Of a DNA stretch of 64,000 nt, positions 59,070-64,000 are shown in pieces. The position numbers were made by a program, and so were the translations under genes. This DNA comes from an uncultured Actinomycetes bacterium (GTDB taxonomy: Bacteria > Actinomycetota > Thermoleophilia > RBG-16-64-13): contig CAVZIK010000006.1 in NCBI GenBank assembly GCA_963775295.1, positions 1,119,602 to 1,183,601 on the forward strand. Direction: 5' to 3'. Each line of letters opens with the position of its first letter. Within the stretch, counting starts at the first letter, position 1. The notes below the pieces were generated by a model, which saw only the letters and a program-made list of their open reading frames with translations, had not been told where the DNA came from and did not search any database.

Positions 59070-60074
59070 TTGGTGAAGACGATAGATCTCGAGAATCATT
59101 TCGCCACCGAGTCGTGGCTGGAAGCCCTGCGTGAGAATCCGGGGTATCCCACCTATGCTGGTGAGGAGAAAGGCATCGGCTTCTCGGCCGATGCCTGGAT
59201 GCCGCTTCGGGTGAGACCCAAGTTGGTCGACTTGGACGAGGGACGCATCAAGCTCATGGACGACGCGGGCGTGGACTATGCGGTCTTGTCGCTGGCCGCG
59301 CCCGGCTGTGAGCAGCTTGAGGTGGAAACCGCCAAGAAAGTGGCGAGGGAGGCCAACAACACCCTCGCCGCAGCGATCAAGCGACATCCGGATCGTTTCG
59401 GAGGCTTCGCCGCACTGGTTCCGAAGGATCCCGAGTGGTCGGCCGACGAACTTGAACGGTGCGTCAAGGAGTTGGGCTTCCGGGGATGGAACACACATTC
59501 CAACTTCGGTGACTCCTATATCGACGAAAAGCAGTACTGGCCTCTGCTGGCTAAGGTGGAAGAGCTAAACATTCCCATCTACCTGCATCCGACCGTCCCC
59601 ATCATTCCGGAGCTGAACAAGTTCGGAATGGTTCTGGGAGGCCCGACCTTCGGCTTTGGAGTCGAGGTCACGTACGCTTTTCTGCGCATGATCGTCCGGG
59701 GAGTCTTCGACGAGTTCCCCAATCTCAAGATCATCATGGGGCACTACGGCGAGGCCCTTCCGTTCCTCGTCGACCGGGTGGATCGCGCGTACATGCAGAA
59801 CCACAGCAAGCCCAATCCCGAAATCGGTCCCGGCAGCAAGGAATGGGCCAGTCACTACCTCAAGAAGAACCTGTGGGTGACTACGAGCGGAAACTTCCTG
59901 CCCGCAGCCTTCGTGTGCAGTCGCGACGGTCTCGGCATGGACAGGATCTTGCTCGGTACCGACTTCCCCTATGAGGATATGGTGCCGTCCATGGAGTTCC
60001 TTGCTTCGCTGTCGCTCACAGATGACGAACAAACCAAGCTATACGAGGCAAACGCAAGAAGCCTCGGATTTTAG
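59070..60074 (+). CDS. Amidohydrolase-2 family protein (ACMSD/LigW-like metal-dependent decarboxylase or hydrolase)
   Basis: MVKTIDLENHF (the family's N-terminal metal-ligand pattern) plus later HPT... and DFPYE ligands. 12 nt downstream of the substrate-binding protein stop. Confidence 0.7.
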   Translation: MVKTIDLENHFATESWLEALRENPGYPTYAGEEKGIGFSADAWMPLRVRPKLVDLDEGRIKLMDDAGVDYAVLSLAAPGCEQLEVETAKKVAREANNTLAAAIKRHPDRFGGFAALVPKDPEWSADELERCVKELGFRGWNTHSNFGDSYIDEKQYWPLLAKVEELNIPIYLHPTVPIIPELNKFGMVLGGPTFGFGVEVTYAFLRMIVRGVFDEFPNLKIIMGHYGEALPFLVDRVDRAYMQNHSKPNPEIGPGSKEWASHYLKKNLWVTTSGNFLPAAFVCSRDGLGMDRILLGTDFPYEDMVPSMEFLASLSLTDDEQTKLYEANARSLGF

Positions 60075-60085
60075 GTCTTCTGCTT

Positions 60086-60117
60086 CCTGCGAACGGGCCT
60101 TCGGGCCCGTTCGCAGG
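60086..60117. terminator. Perfect 14-bp stem / TTCG loop hairpin (CCTGCGAACGGGCC-TTCG-GGCCCGTTCGCAGG) between convergent genes; bidirectional terminator
   Basis: Exact inverted repeat read in sequence, 12 nt after the amidohydrolase stop and 100 nt after the aminotransferase stop. Confidence 0.6.
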
Positions 60118-60217
60118 CTAGGCTGCCGAAGAACGAAACCGCGGCTGCCAAGACACGCTGCACGCTGGCCGGCACGATGGGGCGTCCTCGGTCGTGGGTG
60201 TGCTCATGCCCTTGTCT

Positions 60218-61360
60218 TCACTGCCCCGCCAGATATTCTTCCAACACTTCCATGCCGGCTGCGAAATCTGTGCGGCCCAGGCCGAGCCTGAAGTGGCGGT
60301 CACCGTAGCCGTATATCGTCGACGGGAGCAGTAGGACCCCCGTGTCGCGTAGGACCATGTCGCAGAAGGCTTCTGCGCTTCGGGAGGTTGCCGCCGTTCT
60401 CGCCGCTGACGGGTCGTCCGACAGTCGGGGGAAGCAGACCGTGCCCGCTTGGGGTGGGATCCAGTTCATGGTCCGCGTATTCCGCGCAAAGAACCCGGCC
60501 GCGGTCTCGACATTGGCGGCTACCCGTTCGCGGTGCATATCCAAGATCGGCGCAGGGTTCCGAAGGGCGACAAGCGCCAACAACTCGCTGGGCGCCGGAG
60601 AGCAGATGGTCGTGTAGTCCTTGAGACCGGCCATTCTCCGGAGGATGGCCTTGTCATGGGCCGCGACCCAGCCCACCCTCAAGCCAGCCAAGCCGAAGGC
60701 TTTGGACATCCCCGCCAAGGATATCGCGCGTTCGCAAAGGTCCACGGCGGCTGGTAGCCGCTTCCCCGAGGAAGACTCCAACAGGCGGTACATCTCATCC
60801 GAGAAGACCCAAGCACCAACTCTTTCCGCCGACGCGATCATCCGCTGATAATCATCGAGCGACGGCAGCGCTCCGGTGGGGTTATGAGGGAAGTTCCAGA
60901 CCACGAGTTTGGTGTTCGGACGGACGAGTGTCGTCAAACGATCGGGATCGAAATGCCACTCCTCCGCCTCGTCCGGTTCCCAGTACACCACTTCGCATCC
61001 AATGGACAGCGCCAGTTGGTATAGCGACTGATAACCAGGAAACGTGCAAACCACGCGGTCCCCCGGTTCGAGGATGGCGTTCATTGCGAGGAAGATGGCC
61101 TCCTCGGGCGCGGCGACGAGGACTTCCTCGGGCGCGACGGTTTCGTAGGCCGCCGCCACCTGTTCGCGCAACTCGGGGAGGCCCTGCGACTCCGTATAGC
61201 CCAGGGTGAGCTCGCGCCAGCGCCTTGTTACGTCCGCGTCCGCCCGTTCCAGTAGATCTTGCAGCCCCAAGCCCTGGCAGTCGGAGGTAGAGAGCAGATA
61301 GCGTGCACTGAACTCGTTCCGCGCGAAGAAACGCTCGAGGGTAAAGGGATCAGGAAGCAC
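60218..61360 (-). CDS. PLP-dependent aminotransferase, class I/II
   Basis: Fold-type I pattern including LAGMSKAFGLAGLRVGW (the PLP-binding Lys in SK). Confidence 0.8.
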   Translation of the reverse strand: MLPDPFTLERFFARNEFSARYLLSTSDCQGLGLQDLLERADADVTRRWRELTLGYTESQGLPELREQVAAAYETVAPEEVLVAAPEEAIFLAMNAILEPGDRVVCTFPGYQSLYQLALSIGCEVVYWEPDEAEEWHFDPDRLTTLVRPNTKLVVWNFPHNPTGALPSLDDYQRMIASAERVGAWVFSDEMYRLLESSSGKRLPAAVDLCERAISLAGMSKAFGLAGLRVGWVAAHDKAILRRMAGLKDYTTICSPAPSELLALVALRNPAPILDMHRERVAANVETAAGFFARNTRTMNWIPPQAGTVCFPRLSDDPSAARTAATSRSAEAFCDMVLRDTGVLLLPSTIYGYGDRHFRLGLGRTDFAAGMEVLEEYLAGQ

Positions 61361-61375
61361 GCGGCAAGCTTCGAC

Positions 61376-62203
61376 TCAGTTCCAGGATCCGGGCGGCGAG
61401 AACCCCAGGAACGCCGACAGGCTGGCCGCCGTGGCCTTCACCGCCGCGGTGTGGGCTTGCCGAGCCTCAGGGGTGAACCGTCCCGCCGGAACGACTACGG
61501 CGATGGAAGCGACCATATCTCCGATCTGATCATAGACCGGCGCGGCCACGCCGCAGGTGCCTACGTAGCGCTCTTCGATATCGTAGGCGACCCCGTCGAC
61601 GCGGACCTGGTCCAGTTCACGCGCCAACGCCTCCGGATCCTTGATTGATGCCGGGGTGGAATGAGAGGGCATGTTGTGGATGATTCTCTCGCGCTCGGGC
61701 TCGGACTTGAAAGCCGCGAAGACTTTTCCGTTGCTACTGGCGGTGTAGTCGATAATGCGCCCGGGAGCCAGTCGCCGGCGGGTGGGGCGTGGCCCCGTGA
61801 TCATGTCGGCGCCTACGGGAAAGCCGTCGACTTCGACCGCGAGGATTACCGACTCCTTGGTCTTCTCTACTAGGTCCTCCAGATAGGGACGAGCGACTCG
61901 AACCAGATCGGAGTAGCTCTCCGCGACGTACATCGTGACCACCAGCGCGGGCCCCAGCCGGTAGCGGTTGGTCGCCTCATTGAAAACCAGGTATCCGGCC
62001 TCTTCCATGGTGCGCACCGTGCGCTGTGCGCTCAATCGAGGAATGCCGGTTTCGGCGACGATACCCTCCAGGTCCCATTCCGGGTGATCCTCATCGAAAA
62101 GCCCCAGAACGGTGAGGCCTCTGGAGAGAGCGCGTACCGTAAATCGGTCACTGTTTGCGGGATCGGCGCCAGTCGTGCGTTGAATACTCTCGTCTTGAAT
62201 CAC
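61376..62203 (-). CDS. IclR-family transcriptional regulator
   Basis: N-terminal wHTH (LSRGLTVLGLF...GIVAETGIPRLSAQRTVRTMEEAGYL) and C-terminal effector-binding domain. Confidence 0.85.
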   Translation of the reverse strand: MIQDESIQRTTGADPANSDRFTVRALSRGLTVLGLFDEDHPEWDLEGIVAETGIPRLSAQRTVRTMEEAGYLVFNEATNRYRLGPALVVTMYVAESYSDLVRVARPYLEDLVEKTKESVILAVEVDGFPVGADMITGPRPTRRRLAPGRIIDYTASSNGKVFAAFKSEPERERIIHNMPSHSTPASIKDPEALARELDQVRVDGVAYDIEERYVGTCGVAAPVYDQIGDMVASIAVVVPAGRFTPEARQAHTAAVKATAASLSAFLGFSPPGSWN

Positions 62204-62338
62204 CTTCGTGTTCCTCTCCTAGATCCTCCTACGATCCTTTCCGGCAAGCGCTCGTCTTATTCCACGGCCCGCACGGATTTAACTATACCGCGATAAACAC
62301 GCTTGTATTTGAGGTCCTCAGCGTTTCATACTACGCAG

Positions 62339-63517
62339 ATGACTCGCTCAGTAAACCGCCCCACCTCTTTCGTTTCGCTGTACGCCACCACCTTTGTGGT
62401 CGGCGTGACTATGATCAGTCTGGGGCCTCTGCTGGATCCGATCCTCAAGGATCTCCGCATCCCACTCGCCCAGGGGGGTCTCATCTCGGTGGGGTTCGCC
62501 GTGGGCATGCTCATCGGCGTCGTGGCCTTGAACTTCCTGCTTGCCAGAGTCCCGGTGAAATGGGCCCTGGTAGGTGCCGCCTCTCTCCAAGCCCTCGGCC
62601 TGGTTGCTTCGGGATGGCTGGCTCAGGGACTGTGGTCTCTGATGCTGGCCTATCTTCTGGTGGGAACAGGCTGTGTTCTTCTCAACAGCCTGCCCGGCAT
62701 GTGGATCACCTGCCACATCAAGGTCGGAGCCGACCGGGCCATGGTCACCATGCTGGTCTTCTTCGCTCTGGGGATGATGGTCGCCCCGTTGCTCATTGGA
62801 GCAGCGCTGGGCTGGGGCGCGACCTGGCATTCTGTTCTGCTGGCTGAAGCGGTGATGTCGGTGGCGCTGGCGGTTCTGGTCGCGTTCTCCCCGGTCTCGG
62901 ACATAGAGGGCCGGGAGAACCTTCGTTTGCGCCGTCTGCGGGAGGTTGTCGGGTTCAATCCGCGCCTCTTTGCGGCTGTGTTGACCGCTTCTATCTTCTA
63001 CATCGGAGCCGAATTTACGTTCAATGTTTGGCTAGCCAAATACGAGATCGACGTATTTGGAGTGGGAAAAACGCTCGCGGGCCTTGCTGTCACGCTGTTC
63101 TGGGTGGGGCTGCTGATAGGGCGTCTGGTTGTCATCCCTCTCACCAGACGTCTTCCGCCCGCGAGAATATTGATGGCGGGAGCGGCTGTGCTGGCCGTGT
63201 TCGCGTTGGGGGTGGCGCTCTCCGTATCCCCAGAGATGTCGATGGTGCTGTCCTTTTTCGCCGGTCTCGGGGCTTCGGCGGGATTTCCGCTCATCCTCAG
63301 CTTCTCGGCACGATTTCCCCGCTGGCACGCCGGAGTGGTCTTCTCGTCGGTGATCATGGCTGGCGCATTGGGCCGAATCATCTTCCCCTACCTCGTGGGG
63401 CCTTTGGCCGAGTCGTTGGGATTCCGCACTGCGATGGGTCTGGCCTTCGTCTTGGCCGCGGCTCTCTCATTGCTGACGTTGTACCTCCACCGCGTATCCG
63501 GTGAGGCTCAGGCCTGA
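62339..63517 (+). CDS. MFS transporter (divergent from IclR)
   Basis: 12 TM helices. Confidence 0.8.
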   Translation: MTRSVNRPTSFVSLYATTFVVGVTMISLGPLLDPILKDLRIPLAQGGLISVGFAVGMLIGVVALNFLLARVPVKWALVGAASLQALGLVASGWLAQGLWSLMLAYLLVGTGCVLLNSLPGMWITCHIKVGADRAMVTMLVFFALGMMVAPLLIGAALGWGATWHSVLLAEAVMSVALAVLVAFSPVSDIEGRENLRLRRLREVVGFNPRLFAAVLTASIFYIGAEFTFNVWLAKYEIDVFGVGKTLAGLAVTLFWVGLLIGRLVVIPLTRRLPPARILMAGAAVLAVFALGVALSVSPEMSMVLSFFAGLGASAGFPLILSFSARFPRWHAGVVFSSVIMAGALGRIIFPYLVGPLAESLGFRTAMGLAFVLAAALSLLTLYLHRVSGEAQA

Positions 63518-63586
63518 CGGCGATGGGCTGTCGGACGCGCATTATGTATACTCGCTGTTCCGTTGTTTGGAAGCGAGGTCGAATCG

Positions 63587-64000
63587 GTGAGGGCTAATCT
63601 GGTAAGCCCTTCATCTGCCCACCTTTCCTATGCCATCCGAGACATAGTGAAGTTTGCGGAAGTGGTGCGGCAGCATGGAGTGGAGATAACATGGGAGAAC
63701 ATCGGTGATCCCATTGCCAAGGGCGAAAAGGTCGAACAGTGGATCCGCGACATCGTCCACGAGGTCATAGAGACTGAGGGTGCTTGGGGCTACTGTCCGA
63801 CTGAAGGCTTTTTGGATGTGCGCGAGGCCCTGGCGGCGCACGTCAATGCCCGTGCCGGCGCTCGCGTTACTGCGAACGACATCATCTTCTTCAACGGGGT
63901 CGCCGATGCGGTCTCGAAGGTCTACGGTTTTCTGAACTCGTACGCGCGTGTCATCGGTCCCTCCCCTGCGTATAGCACCCATTCCTCGGCGGAGTCGGCC
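63587..64000 (+). CDS. PLP-dependent aminotransferase (class I, AlaT/AspC-like). N-terminal 138 codons; continues beyond the window.
   Basis: My own translation from GTG 63587 (GAGG 8 nt upstream): VRANLVSPSSAHLSYAIRDIVKFAEVVRQHGVEITWENIGDPIAKGEKV...FLDVREALAAHV..., which is the typical aminotransferase N-terminus. Absent from the track because there is no stop in the window. Confidence 0.7.
   Translation, partial: MRANLVSPSSAHLSYAIRDIVKFAEVVRQHGVEITWENIGDPIAKGEKVEQWIRDIVHEVIETEGAWGYCPTEGFLDVREALAAHVNARAGARVTANDIIFFNGVADAVSKVYGFLNSYARVIGPSPAYSTHSSAESA

Overview
This is a high-GC (roughly 60-66%) bacterial chromosomal segment, probably from an Actinomycetota-like organism. The evidence is frequent GTG/TTG starts, Tat-signal lipoproteins with Thr/Ser-rich linkers, ATGA/TTGA-coupled operons and dnaX-ybaB-recR plus ask...asd synteny. 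I call about 60 CDSs, one tRNA-Ser(GGA) and an SRP RNA (ffs) that lies in a gap with no ORF call. No CRISPR array, IS element, integrase or phage genes were seen.

Gene content in order:
- Left edge: an Hrq1/MrfA/SftH-like DEAD/DEAH helicase (running off the window) next to a membrane metallophosphoesterase.
- asd, then a roughly 8 kb insert, then lysC-recR-ybaB-dnaX. The insert holds an orphan Tat-lipoprotein PBP1 substrate-binding protein, a PAS-GAF-PAS-pseudoreceiver protein, a GAF-PP2C phosphatase and a 3-gene ABC-2 exporter.
- glgP, ffs, a lipoprotein, tRNA-Ser and two membrane proteins.
- A DrrAB-like exporter, a HAD-phosphatase/PurM-like fusion and a MarR-MFS pair.
- A lower-GC islet: cyclase, XRE-cupin regulator and TatD-like hydrolase.
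- mntH-usp, a thioesterase, an SPFH-RHH-M29 aminopeptidase trio, a disulfide oxidoreductase and an MFS transporter.
- A Dpp-like peptide ABC operon, a P-type ATPase, an MBL hydrolase and a two-domain GNAT.
- A lipoprotein serpin, an MFS transporter, a GNAT, a SAM methyltransferase and a cold-shock-type DEAD-box helicase.
- A lipoprotein, typA and a TetR regulator.
- A second orphan PBP1 substrate-binding protein with a LigW-like amidohydrolase, a convergent aminotransferase and a divergent IclR-MFS pair, then a partial aminotransferase.

I found no single obvious novel system. The most unusual items are the HAD-PurM fusion, the PAS/pseudoreceiver-PP2C-exporter module, the lipoprotein serpin locus, the paralogous orphan substrate-binding proteins and a 600 bp gap with no convincing gene.
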